From contig CAWHOE010000045.1 in NCBI GenBank assembly GCA_963830915.1, positions 14,742 to 78,741 on the forward strand: a DNA stretch of 64,000 bases, written 5' to 3'. The position numbers were made by a program, and so were the translations under genes. This DNA comes from a candidate division FCPU426 bacterium (GTDB lineage: Bacteria; Oederibacteriota; Muellerivitia; Muellerivitales; Muellerivitaceae). Positions within the stretch are counted from its first letter, which is position 1; every line of letters starts with the position of its first letter. Positions 50,788 through 60,200 of this stretch are shown in pieces. The notes under the pieces are model-generated. The model was not told where the DNA came from. It saw only the letters and a list, made by a program, of their open reading frames with translations, and ran no database searches.

Positions 50788-51510
50788 ATGAAAAAAGTTC
50801 TGATGCTATCTTTGATGGTTATTTTAATCGTTTTGGGAATTTCATCCTCAACGCAGGCCAGTGATCAAAATCAAACTCCTGAAAGAATCTTAAAGGTTCT
50901 GGGCGATGGAAAGATTAAGGCTGTACCGGACCAATCGGAAATGGAATTGCAAGTCACAGAGGAGGGAACCGAGGTGGAAGATGCTTCGGCTTTGGTCCAG
51001 GCAAAGCTGCTAAAGGTTTTTAAGACTCTTAAATCTTCTGGCGTTTTAGAAAAGGACACACAAACCACCAGCTACAGTGTGAGTCCCAAAACAAAATTTA
51101 ATAAGGGCGAATCTATAAAGGTCGGTTATACCGTTTCCAGCAGGGTAAAAGTCGTCATTAAGGATATGGATTCAACCGGAAAAATCCTCAAGGCTGTTAT
51201 TCAGGACGGCGTCAATACGGTAGACGGACCCTATTTCAGTTTTTCTAATCCTGCCCAACTGAAAATTGACGCTTTAAAGAATGCGGTTGAAGATGCCCAT
51301 GCAAAAGCTGAAGCAATCGCCCAAACGGCTGGTGTCGACTTGGGAAAAGTTATTTCAATTTCACAAAGTAATATTTCAATGACAAACAACCGACAGCGTA
51401 TGGAGTACGCCGCTGTCAATGACTTGAGTGAGGTTCACACTCAAGTTCCCATCGCCACTGGCGAAAACGAAGTAACTGCGCAAGTGGAAGTGGTTTACTC
51501 ATTGAAGTAA
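50788..51510 (+). CDS. SIMPL domain (DUF541, YggE/BP26-like) protein
   Basis: V.G.G...AVPD, T.SYSVSP, ALKNAVEDA.AKAE.IA..AGV.LGKV.SI, V.AQVEVVY. Confidence 0.9.
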   Translation: MKKVLMLSLMVILIVLGISSSTQASDQNQTPERILKVLGDGKIKAVPDQSEMELQVTEEGTEVEDASALVQAKLLKVFKTLKSSGVLEKDTQTTSYSVSPKTKFNKGESIKVGYTVSSRVKVVIKDMDSTGKILKAVIQDGVNTVDGPYFSFSNPAQLKIDALKNAVEDAHAKAEAIAQTAGVDLGKVISISQSNISMTNNRQRMEYAAVNDLSEVHTQVPIATGENEVTAQVEVVYSLK

Positions 51511-51554
51511 GAACATTTAAAAGTTGTACTTTGTCTGCTTAAAGGAGTTGGGAA

Positions 51555-52862
51555 ATGGAAGATAAAGAACCCCAAATAGGCTCTGTTATTACTGAATTTA
51601 TCGCTGAAATCGAAAGCATATCTCAAATATTTCCGCCAATAATGGGAATAATTGGCATTGTTGGTCCGAGGAATGAACAAAAATATAAATCGCTCCTAGA
51701 TAAGATTGGTACCGTAATAAGCAATGAAGCTGAAACGACTATTTATAGTATCCCGATTGAATTTCATCACAAAGTTGATGAATTGAAAAAGGAAATCGAA
51801 ATTTATCGAAAAGCGAATCGCATTGTTCCGAAAAGTTTTATTGTTTCAATTATTAGTCAATATGATGGTTTTTTAGGGAAATTATTACGAGAACTATTTA
51901 AGTACAAACCTGAAATATTGAATGCTTCAGAGAAGAAACTTACTTATGAACAACTCTGTCATTTTAAAAATATCGAAGATGCGCAAGAATATATTGTTGA
52001 AAATGAAATAGGTGGTTTTTTGAGAGAAAGCCATGAAAAACAATTTGATTGGATGGAAAAAATATTTAATATTGAATTGAGAAAAAATCTTTCTGTTTGG
52101 AATTGCTTTATTGAGTTAACGGAAAGGCGAAATCTGTATGTGCATTGTAATGGAATTGTTAATGAACAATATCTAACGAAATGTTTGAACTGCGAATGTA
52201 ATTCAGAAAATTGCCCTTCAATTGGGGAAGAATTGATTGTGTCGCCTGAATATTTTATAAAAGCCACAAATTGTATTATGGAAATTGCTGTAAAACTGGG
52301 CCATGTTCTTTGGAGAAAAGTTAAGAAGGAAGAACTGGATTATGCAGATGAAAATTTAAACCGAATAATTTTTGACCTTTTGATAAATGAAAATTACGAA
52401 CTTGCTATAACAATGGCTGATTTCGCAATAACGACAATTAAAAAACATTCCAGTGAAGAAATTAAACGATATATGTTAATTAATAAAATAATTGCATTGA
52501 AATTTTCCGGTAATAAAGAGATTGCTTTAAAAATATTAAACGAACATGATTGGAGCGCTTGCAATTATAAAATCAATCTCGCAGTCGCTGTGTTGAATGA
52601 AAATTATCAAGAGGCGCAAAATATTATGAAGAAAATTGGGGATGAGGCGGAAATGAAAGTTGCATACATTGGGTGGCCGTTGTTTAGAGAATTTAGAAGC
52701 AAGAAAGAATTTTTAGAAACATATAAGGAAATTTTTGGAATATCGTTTGAAGACATAGAAAAAAATATTCAAAAAGTTGTAAAGGAAAGTACGCAAGAGG
52801 ATAAGCCTGGGTTAATGGATACAGGAAAAACAAAACAGCTTAATAAAGCAGAAGAAAATTAG
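51555..52862 (+). CDS. AT-rich protein with HEPN-type R-x4-6-H motif and helical C-terminus
   Basis: ELTERRNLYVHCNG; clearly lower GC than the core genes; AAGGAG RBS. Confidence 0.65.
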   Translation: MEDKEPQIGSVITEFIAEIESISQIFPPIMGIIGIVGPRNEQKYKSLLDKIGTVISNEAETTIYSIPIEFHHKVDELKKEIEIYRKANRIVPKSFIVSIISQYDGFLGKLLRELFKYKPEILNASEKKLTYEQLCHFKNIEDAQEYIVENEIGGFLRESHEKQFDWMEKIFNIELRKNLSVWNCFIELTERRNLYVHCNGIVNEQYLTKCLNCECNSENCPSIGEELIVSPEYFIKATNCIMEIAVKLGHVLWRKVKKEELDYADENLNRIIFDLLINENYELAITMADFAITTIKKHSSEEIKRYMLINKIIALKFSGNKEIALKILNEHDWSACNYKINLAVAVLNENYQEAQNIMKKIGDEAEMKVAYIGWPLFREFRSKKEFLETYKEIFGISFEDIEKNIQKVVKESTQEDKPGLMDTGKTKQLNKAEEN

Positions 52863-52992
52863 AAAACCCTGACATCAACCTCGCCGCTTTAAGAACAATG
52901 TTGGAATCCGCCACGACCAACAGTCGGGTTTTATCCATCAGGAAATCCGCCTTTCGACCGCCAAAATCCACCAACCTCTACAGGGACAGTCC

Positions 52993-53021
52993 TTGACACC
53001 TGAATAGGCGGTCCCTAAACT
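52993..53021 (+). promoter_or_regulatory. Sigma70 promoter of trxA
   Basis: TTGACA-17nt-TAAACT. Confidence 0.7.
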
Positions 53022-53064
53022 TACTTCGAGGCCAAAAAGATCATTCAATCGCTCGGAGGAAACC

Positions 53065-53394
53065 ATGGGAGCCGCATTGCATACAACGGACGCTAATTTC
53101 AAAACAGACGTGTTGGATTCGAAGATCCCTGTTTTGGTGGATTTTTGGGCGGAATGGTGCGGACCCTGCAAGATGGTGGGCCCCGTTTTGGACGAATTGG
53201 CCAAGGAATATGAAGGCAAAGTGACGATCGCCAAGGTGAACGTGGACGAGAATCAACAGGTTTCCACCGATTACCATATCCGAAGCATCCCGACCCTCCT
53301 TTTTTTCAAGAATGGCCAGTTGGTCAAACAAGAAGTCGGAGCCCTTCCCAAAGCCAGGTTGGTCAGCGCTATCCAGGAAATATTGGACAAATAA
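53065..53394 (+). CDS. trxA: Thioredoxin
   Basis: VDFWAEWCGPCK, IRSIPTL. Confidence 0.97.
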   Translation: MGAALHTTDANFKTDVLDSKIPVLVDFWAEWCGPCKMVGPVLDELAKEYEGKVTIAKVNVDENQQVSTDYHIRSIPTLLFFKNGQLVKQEVGALPKARLVSAIQEILDK

Positions 53395-53403
53395 CAAAAA
53401 GTT

Positions 53404-53494
53404 TTCACCACCAAGACACAAAGACACCAAGAAGGATTTTGGGGAACAAACGGCTTTCACCACAGAGACACAGCTACACAAAGGCGCAGAGAAC
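53404..53494 (+). repeat. CACCAC(A/C)RAGACAC-type intergenic repeats
   Basis: ttcaccaccaagacacaaagacaccaag and ttcaccacagagacacag; related to 59159-59183. Confidence 0.6.
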
Positions 53495-53542
53495 AAAAGA
53501 GTTTGGGAATTTGACAACGGCAAAGCAAAGGGGCGTTATTAA

Positions 53543-54010
53543 TTGAATAAAGGGAAAACCGTTCCAACTCTTCTGGCGTTTGGATGGACTTTAGCGTTGA
53601 TAGCGACGATTTGGACCGTGCCCACTGGAAAGTCGTGGGGGCAAGAATCTGGAAAGACCTACGTAACCACCACATCGGACAGTACCTTCGAAAAGGATGT
53701 GGTTAAGTCCCGTCTGCCGGTATTGCTCGATTTTTGGGCTGTATGGTGCGGTCCATGCCGGATGTACTCGCCTACCGTGGACCAGGTGGCCCAGGACTAC
53801 CAGGGCAAGCTGAAAGTGGTCAAGATCAATGTGGATGATAACCCCCAGCTATCCAAAGAGTTCGGCATTCGGGCTATTCCCACCTCCGTTTTGATGTACA
53901 AGGGCAAGGTGGTGAAGGGCTGGATGGGCGTCATTTCCAAGGACGACCTCACGGTCGAGATAGATAAAGTGATCAAAAAAGCCAAGAAGAAACCTGCAAC
54001 CGAGACCTGA
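53543..54010 (+). CDS. Second thioredoxin with N-terminal signal/anchor sequence
   Basis: Hydrophobic N-terminus, LDFWAVWCGPCR, IRAIPT. Confidence 0.9.
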   Translation: MNKGKTVPTLLAFGWTLALIATIWTVPTGKSWGQESGKTYVTTTSDSTFEKDVVKSRLPVLLDFWAVWCGPCRMYSPTVDQVAQDYQGKLKVVKINVDDNPQLSKEFGIRAIPTSVLMYKGKVVKGWMGVISKDDLTVEIDKVIKKAKKKPATET

Positions 54011-54068
54011 AAACGGTCAGAAGGCCTTTGTTCCCCTTTTTCCCTCCTTTTAGTTATTTAGTAATTCA

Positions 54069-54098
54069 TTGACAGTTTTTTGTGTTTTTTCCTATACT
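54069..54098 (+). promoter_or_regulatory. Sigma70 promoter of secDF
   Basis: TTGACA-18nt-TATACT. Confidence 0.7.
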
Positions 54099-54205
54099 GC
54101 CTCGGCTTTTAAACATTTTCCTTCATATGTCCTTTTGCCCTTGAGGCAAAAGACGGCAGGAAGCGTGGGTTCCTTTAGGCTCAACGCACTGCGGAAAGGC
54201 TTGCA

Positions 54206-55507
54206 GTGACTTTCCAAAAATGGATGGCTCTCCTCGTTTTGGCCCTTATCGGCCTTTGTGTTTATGGACTTTACCCCCCCTCACAGAAACTCAAACTGGG
54301 TTTGGATATCCGGGGTGGTTTGCACATGAACCTGGAAGTCGACACCGACAAGATGCAGGGCAAGACGGACCAGGAGATTTCGGACGCGGCTGACCGGGCC
54401 ATGGAGATCCTCAGGAATCGTATCGACGGTCTGGGCGTCAGCGAACCTGTCCTGGAAAGGGAAGGGCCCAAGGGCATTGTCATCCAGCTCCCTGGATTGA
54501 CCGATATCAAAAGGGCCAGGGACATCATCCTTTCCACCGCCCAATTGGAATTCCGCCTCGTTTCCAACCTGCGAGAGTCCGATTATCTGGATAAAGACGG
54601 CAAGATCATGACGGCCAAATTGCCCAAGAACATCACCTACTTCCCAGGCAAGGAAGACCGTAATTATTTGTGCGAGGAAGTGCTCCTGACCGGTGAGTCG
54701 CTGGTCGACGCCAATGTCCAAACGGACAGTTTCGGCAGGCCGATCATATCCTTCAAACTGAACGCCGAAGGCGGGCATAAGTTCGGGGTCATCACGGGCG
54801 ATAACGTGCACCGCCAATTGGCCATCATCCTGGATGGCAAGGTCTACTCCGCTCCCGAGATCCGCTCACGCATTCCCGGAGGCTCGGGGATCATCGAGGG
54901 AAGCTTCACCGACGAGGAAGCCAGGGACCTGGCCTTGGTCCTTCGGGCCGGCGCTTTGCCGGCGCCATTGAAGGTGACGGGGCAGTTCCAAGTGGGGCCC
55001 ACCCTGGGCGCTGATTCGGTCCGCAAGGGAACCACGGCCGCCATTTACGGCCTGTTACTGGTCCTTCTTTTTATGGGGGTTTACTACCGTGTTTCCGGCT
55101 GGATCGCCAACGCCGGTCTTCTGGTCAACCTGGTCTTTTTGATGGGTTGCCTGGCCTACCTGAAGGCGACCCTGACCCTGCCCGGCATCGCCGGTATCAT
55201 CCTGACCCTGGGGTTGTCGGTCGATTCCAACGTCCTGATCTTCGAGCGTATCCGTGAGGAATTAAGGGCGGGGAAGACCATTCGGGCTTCCATCGACGCG
55301 GGTTACCGCAGGGCTTTGGTGGCCATCATTGACACCCACGTAACGACCCTTATTTCCGCAGCCGTCTTGTTCCAATTCGGGACCGGCCCCATCAAGGGGT
55401 TCGCGGTCACCTTAAGCCTGGGCGTTGCCTTGAGTCTGTTCACCGCGGTCGTGATCACCAAGATGATCTTTGACGCTCGTAAAGAGTATCAAGGACTGAG
55501 CATCTAA
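54206..55507 (+). CDS. secD: Protein translocase subunit SecD
   Basis: LGLDIRGG, RIDGLGVSEP, LRAGALPAP, VDSNVLIFERIREE, GTGPIKGFA. Confidence 0.97.
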   Translation: MTFQKWMALLVLALIGLCVYGLYPPSQKLKLGLDIRGGLHMNLEVDTDKMQGKTDQEISDAADRAMEILRNRIDGLGVSEPVLEREGPKGIVIQLPGLTDIKRARDIILSTAQLEFRLVSNLRESDYLDKDGKIMTAKLPKNITYFPGKEDRNYLCEEVLLTGESLVDANVQTDSFGRPIISFKLNAEGGHKFGVITGDNVHRQLAIILDGKVYSAPEIRSRIPGGSGIIEGSFTDEEARDLALVLRAGALPAPLKVTGQFQVGPTLGADSVRKGTTAAIYGLLLVLLFMGVYYRVSGWIANAGLLVNLVFLMGCLAYLKATLTLPGIAGIILTLGLSVDSNVLIFERIREELRAGKTIRASIDAGYRRALVAIIDTHVTTLISAAVLFQFGTGPIKGFAVTLSLGVALSLFTAVVITKMIFDARKEYQGLSI

Positions 55508-55526
55508 AGAGCGAGGAAAGGTTTTT

Positions 55527-56465
55527 ATGTTCCAATGGTTTAAAGAGCCCAAGATAGATTTCATGAAGCCGCGTCGGTTTTTCATGACGCTTTCCGCCAT
55601 CGGTATGCTGGCGGGAGTTTATTCCTGCGTCCTGTTGTATCAAGGAAAAGCCAATTTGGGTACGGACTTCGGCGCGGGCGAGTTATTGAGGATGTCCTCG
55701 GTCAACCCCGTGGAGATCGATAAGATCCGCGAGTCCTTGAAAAGCGAGGGCTTCCCCGAGGCCCAGATCCAGCAAGTGAAGGACGACAGCTCCAAGAGCT
55801 ATAAGCTCATCATCAAGATCAAGCATGACCCGACCAAAGCGGTCGGCGGGGTCGGCAACGAGGTCCTGGACGTGTTCAACAAGGCCTATCCGGACGCCCA
55901 TTTCACCCTGGACGGCAGCGACGAGGTCGGCCCGGCGGTTTCAGAGAAACTCCGTGACGACGCCACCAAGGCTTTCATCATCGCCATGATCGGCATCTTG
56001 ATCTATATCGCCTGGCGGTTCGATTTCCGTTTCGCCGTGGCGGCCATCATCTGCACCATCCACGATATCCTGGTCATCCTGGCTTTCGTCATCCTGACAG
56101 GCAGGGAATTCAACCTGCTGCAGGTCACGGCCCTACTGACCCTGGCCGGTTATTCCCTCAACGACACGGTCGTTAATTTCGACAGGATCAGGGAAAACCT
56201 GAAATTCCTGTTGAAAGACCATACTTTCATCAGCCTGGTCAACTTGAGCGTCAACGAGACCTTGAGCCGGACCATCAACACCAGTTTGACCGTCTTTTTC
56301 ACTCTTTTGCCCCTTTGTTTCATGGGCGGGGATACTTTGAAGGATTTCGCTTGGACCCTTCAGGCCGGGGTTATCGTTGGTACTTATTCCTCCGTTTTCG
56401 TTGCCAGTCCCATCCTGGTGGAATGGAACCTGATGTCCGGGCCGAAAGCCAACAACCCCAGTTAA
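55527..56465 (+). CDS. secF: Protein translocase subunit SecF
   Basis: LGTDF.AG, VGPAVS, HD, GYSLNDTVV.FDRIREN, TLSRTINTS, GTYSS. Confidence 0.97.
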   Translation: MFQWFKEPKIDFMKPRRFFMTLSAIGMLAGVYSCVLLYQGKANLGTDFGAGELLRMSSVNPVEIDKIRESLKSEGFPEAQIQQVKDDSSKSYKLIIKIKHDPTKAVGGVGNEVLDVFNKAYPDAHFTLDGSDEVGPAVSEKLRDDATKAFIIAMIGILIYIAWRFDFRFAVAAIICTIHDILVILAFVILTGREFNLLQVTALLTLAGYSLNDTVVNFDRIRENLKFLLKDHTFISLVNLSVNETLSRTINTSLTVFFTLLPLCFMGGDTLKDFAWTLQAGVIVGTYSSVFVASPILVEWNLMSGPKANNPS

Positions 56466-56601
56466 GAGCTCCTAACAAATCCTAAATAACGGCAATTGGA
56501 ACTACCAAACACTCGGCAAAGCAGCCAAGTGGCGTTGACTAAGGCACCATGCCGATGGATTTCATTGTTTAAAGACAAACGGCAAAGCTAAGGCCATATT
56601 A

Positions 56602-56692
56602 GCCACAGATGCATGGGATGCATAGGATGGGAGAAGAAAAGGTTTAAGATTATAACGATTTTAAAATCACATGAATCCCATGTATCTGTGGC
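56602..56692. repeat. Inverted repeat pair with AT-rich spacer
   Basis: gccacagatgcatgggat 56602-56619 and atcccatgtatctgtggc 56675-56692. Confidence 0.75.
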
Positions 56693-56765
56693 AAAATTTT
56701 ATTTTGGACAGTTGTGTTGCTTGAGTTAGTTTCATAAGACCTTCATGGAACGGCTGTGAATTCCC

Positions 56766-57447
56766 ATGGACCTGAAAAATCGAATCAGCGAAACCAGAGG
56801 CCGGATCGCTATGGCCGCCGCCAAGTCCGGGCGAAGGCCTGAGCAGGTCACCCTTTTGGCCGTGACCAAGAACTTCCCGGTCTTGACCCTTCAGGAGGCT
56901 TACGATCACGGTCTGCGCCAATTCGGCGAGAACCGCGTCCAGGAAGCCTTGGAAAAGATGGGCGAGCTTCCACACGATATCCAGTGGCATCTCATCGGCC
57001 GATTACAATCCAACAAGATCAACAAGATATTGGGCAAGTTCGTCCTGGTTCATTCGGTCGATTCTTTGGAGTTGGCCCAAGCTTTATCCCAACGGCTTCA
57101 GGGGAAACAACAAGGAGATCCTTCTGGAGGTCAACACCTCGGGCGAGGCCAGTAAAGCCGGGGTGGAAGTGTCGGACGCGCCCCAGGTGGCTGAAAAGAT
57201 AGCCTCCCTCCCCGGCTTGCGATTGAAAGGGCTGATGACCATCGGCCCCTTGACCGAGGACAAGATCCAGCAGAGGGACGCCTTCAAAAGGCTCAAGGGC
57301 TTGTTCGACCAGATCCAGGCCAAACCTTTTGGCGGGGAAAACTTCGATGTGCTTTCGATGGGAATGAGCGGTGATTATGAGGCCGCGATCGAGGAAGGTT
57401 CCACGATGGTGCGGATAGGGACAGCCCTATTCGGGTCAAGGGCTTGA
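56766..57447 (+). pseudogene. yggS: YggS/PLPBP pyridoxal phosphate homeostasis protein split by a frameshift near 57100-57114 (pseudogene or assembly error)
   Basis: First frame LLAVTK, FGENRVQE, WHLIGRLQSNK, HSVDS; shifted frame EILLEVNTSGEASKAG..GLMTI..LSMGMSGDY..VRIGTALFG. Confidence 0.88.
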
Positions 57448-57510
57448 AAAAGGTTTCGTAACTGGCTAGCGGACACTAAAATGGCGTAGAACAAAAAACG
57501 GCATTTGAAC

Positions 57511-57555
57511 CACCATGCCGACCTTCAAATAAACATTTAAGGAGGTCGGTATAGT
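57511..57555. repeat. REP-like inverted repeat, same family as 1517-1562
   Basis: caccatgccgacct ... aggtcggtatagt. Confidence 0.7.
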
Positions 57556-57706
57556 ACCGATTCCCATATTGGCTCATTTGGAAAATCGGCACAAGGGTAC
57601 CAAGAAAGACAAAGATTAAACCTAAAATAGTGGTTCTACAAATGAGTGAATCGGCAGAAAAAATAAAACTCCGAAACTGCCGAAACCAAGTCAAAAGGAT
57701 TGAATC

Positions 57707-58528
57707 TTGAAAGTCAGACAAAAAACGATCGTTTTCGGTTTGGGCGCCATGGGCGGGGCCCTGGTCAAGGGTTGGATATCCTCCCGGATGATCCCCTCCT
57801 CCCTCATCACGGCGGTGGATGTGGACGCGGCCAAGCTTAAACAGACCGCCTCCAAGCTCAAGATCAAAGCCTCGCTAAAGCCGGAAGAATCTTTGAAGAA
57901 GGCCGGATTGATCATACTGGCCGTCAAGCCTCAACAACTGAAAGGTTTGCTGTCAACCCTGGGCCCCAAGTTCCCAGCCAAAGCCTTGGTGGTTTCCATC
58001 GCGGCAGGTATTTCAACCTCCCAGATCGAGAAAGGCCTGCCTCAGGGCAACCCCGTGGTGCGGGTCATGCCCAACACCCCGGCCCTGTTAGGGTCGGGAA
58101 TGGCCGCTGTGGCGGCGGGAAGCCGGGCCAAGAAGCCCCATGTGAAGACGGCGCTGGAGTTGTTCTCGGCGGTCGGGAGATCGATCGAAGTGACCGAGGA
58201 CCAAATGGATTACGTGACGGCGGTGTCGGGCAGCGGACCGGCCTATATTTTCCACATGATCGAGGCGATGACGGAAGCCGGCGTTAAAGGCGGATTGAAG
58301 CCTGAAGTGGCTTTGGAATTGGTCAAGCAAACGGTCCTTGGCGCGGCTAGAATGGCGATCGAAACAGGGAAGAGCCCGGAAGAATTAAGGATCCAAGTGA
58401 CCTCCCCGGGGGGAACGACCCAAGCCGCCTTGACCACACTGGAACAAAAAGGCTTCAAGGAAACGATCAACGCCGCCATTGAATCAGCGGCCAAACGCAG
58501 CGCAGAGTTGAGAAGGAGTCTGGAGTGA
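57707..58528 (+). CDS. proC: Pyrroline-5-carboxylate reductase
   Basis: GLGAMG, LAVKPQ, SIAAG, RVMPNTP, SGSGPAY, VTSPGGTT. Confidence 0.97.
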   Translation: MKVRQKTIVFGLGAMGGALVKGWISSRMIPSSLITAVDVDAAKLKQTASKLKIKASLKPEESLKKAGLIILAVKPQQLKGLLSTLGPKFPAKALVVSIAAGISTSQIEKGLPQGNPVVRVMPNTPALLGSGMAAVAAGSRAKKPHVKTALELFSAVGRSIEVTEDQMDYVTAVSGSGPAYIFHMIEAMTEAGVKGGLKPEVALELVKQTVLGAARMAIETGKSPEELRIQVTSPGGTTQAALTTLEQKGFKETINAAIESAAKRSAELRRSLE

Positions 58529-58824
58529 ACATGGGCGAATTGATCTCGATATTGGCTTATCTATTGATGTTCGTCCTCAACGTCGCGGCTTTGTTGTTGA
58601 TCCTTGAATGGCTGGTCCACTTACTGCCGGGGAGCGGATGGAACAGGGCGCGCCGGTTTTTTTTCCAACTTTCTTATCCCTTCTTTAGATACGGGACCGA
58701 TTATTTTCCCTTCCGGTTGGGCAATCTTGAGTTCAGGGGCCTGCTGATCGCTTTTTTCCTTTTGGCCTTGAGCCGTTTTGGGATGCCCTGGCTGGTATTG
58801 CTTGGATATAACCTGCGAGGTTGA
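58525..58824 (+). CDS. yggT: YggT-like membrane protein
   Basis: Two hydrophobic segments; position in the yggS-proC-yggT-yggU operon. Confidence 0.65.
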   Translation: MNMGELISILAYLLMFVLNVAALLLILEWLVHLLPGSGWNRARRFFFQLSYPFFRYGTDYFPFRLGNLEFRGLLIAFFLLALSRFGMPWLVLLGYNLRG

Positions 58825-59129
58825 CTCGATTGGACCTAAAAGGCCTGGACCTGAGGGAAACGGGGGATTCCTGCACCATCCCGGTCAAGTTGATGCCCAG
58901 GGCCTCTTCCAACAGCCTGTCAGGCGTTGAAAATGGCGAGTTAAAGATCAAGGTTCAATCGCCGCCTGTTGAGGGGGCCGCGAACGAGGCCTTGATCCTT
59001 TTTTTGGCGAAAAAGTTGAAAAAGGCAAAGGGCGATCTGGACCTGATCAAGGGCCAACAATCCCGCCATAAGGTCGTTAAAGTCCGGGGATTGGGTGCGG
59101 TTGAGGTGATGCGGCTTCTGTGTTCTTAA
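58821..59129 (+). CDS. yggU: DUF167 (YggU) protein
   Basis: PRAS, LKIKV..PPVEGAANEALI, G..SRHK. Confidence 0.92.
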   Translation: MTRLDLKGLDLRETGDSCTIPVKLMPRASSNSLSGVENGELKIKVQSPPVEGAANEALILFLAKKLKKAKGDLDLIKGQQSRHKVVKVRGLGAVEVMRLLCS

Positions 59130-59158
59130 AGACGTTAACAAAAGGAACATCTTATATC

Positions 59159-59307
59159 TCACCACAGAGGCACAGAGACACAGTTAAAAGATTTGTTTTT
59201 GATAACGACGGAAGTAAAAAGAAGATTTTTTTAGATGCCATAAGTTAAATTGAACTACATGCCACAAAGATTTAGCTCTGTGCGCCGCCGAAGGCGGCCT
59301 GTGGTGA
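59159..59307. repeat. Inverted repeat pair (TCACCACAGAGGCACAGAG) with a mini-hairpin in the right arm
   Basis: Left arm 59159-59177; right arm ctctgtgc[gccgccgaaggcggc]ctgtggtga 59276-59307. Confidence 0.7.
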
Positions 59308-59355
59308 AAATAGGTTTTGTTGGATCTTACTAACAATTAATTTAAGGAGAGTTTC

Positions 59356-60183
59356 ATGGCTGAATTATTCGATCAGATCCAAGAGGCGGTTCGGGAGATC
59401 AAAAAAACGGCGACAACCACACCCAAGGTCGGCATTATCCTCGGGACTGGGCTTGGGGCCTTGGCCAACGAGATCAAAGACCAAACGGTCATCCCCTATG
59501 AAAAAATACCCCATTTCCCCCTTTCGACCGTGGAATCCCACGCTGGTCAGCTGGTATTCGGAAAAATGGGTAATACCCCAGTAGTCGCCATGAAGGGCCG
59601 TTTTCATAGATATGAGGGTTATACCTTCCAACAAGTGACATTCCCGGTAAGGGTCATGAAAGCTTTGGGGATCCAATACCTCCTTGTCTCCAACGCTTGC
59701 GGGGGGATGAACCGAGGCTACAATCCCGGCGACCTGATGATCATTGAGGACCACATCAACTTGATGGGGGATAACCCGCTGATCGGCAAGAATGATGACC
59801 GGCTTGGCCCTCGGTGGCCGGATATGTGCGAGCCCTATTCGAAGGAATTGATCGCTTTGGCCGAGAAAATAGCCTGGGAAAAGCGGATCCCCGTGCAAAA
59901 GGGCGTCTATGTGGGAGTGACCGGGCCCAATCTGGAGACCAGGGCCGAATACCGCTGGCTGTCCACCATGGCTGACGTGGTCGGGATGTCGACCGTGCCG
60001 GAAGTGATCGTGGCTGTCCATAGCGCCTTGAAGGTCCTGGGCATTTCGGTCGTCACGGATAAATGCGTGGCGGACACGCTGGAGCCGGCGGATATCAAGA
60101 AGATCATCGAGAATTCCCAAAAAGCCGAGCCGTTGTTGACCCTCCTGATGAAGGAAGTGGTCATGGCCCTCGAGAAAAAATAA
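59356..60183 (+). CDS. punA: Purine-nucleoside phosphorylase (trimeric PNP/MTAP family)
   Basis: ILGTGLG, GRFHRYEG, SNACGG, DHINL, GPNLET.AE, VGMSTVPE. Confidence 0.93.
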   Translation: MAELFDQIQEAVREIKKTATTTPKVGIILGTGLGALANEIKDQTVIPYEKIPHFPLSTVESHAGQLVFGKMGNTPVVAMKGRFHRYEGYTFQQVTFPVRVMKALGIQYLLVSNACGGMNRGYNPGDLMIIEDHINLMGDNPLIGKNDDRLGPRWPDMCEPYSKELIALAEKIAWEKRIPVQKGVYVGVTGPNLETRAEYRWLSTMADVVGMSTVPEVIVAVHSALKVLGISVVTDKCVADTLEPADIKKIIENSQKAEPLLTLLMKEVVMALEKK

Positions 60184-60200
60184 ATATCAAAAGGACGGAT

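Noticed and set aside
56480..56600. c-di-GMP-I riboswitch suggested by repeated GGCAAAGC
   Set aside because: The GNRA-capped P2 and the P3 receptor cannot be built; the words fit the local repeat family
57101..57108. Programmed -1 frameshift at GGGAAAC in yggS
   Set aside because: The heptamer is out of phase with the upstream frame and the needed shift is +1, not -1
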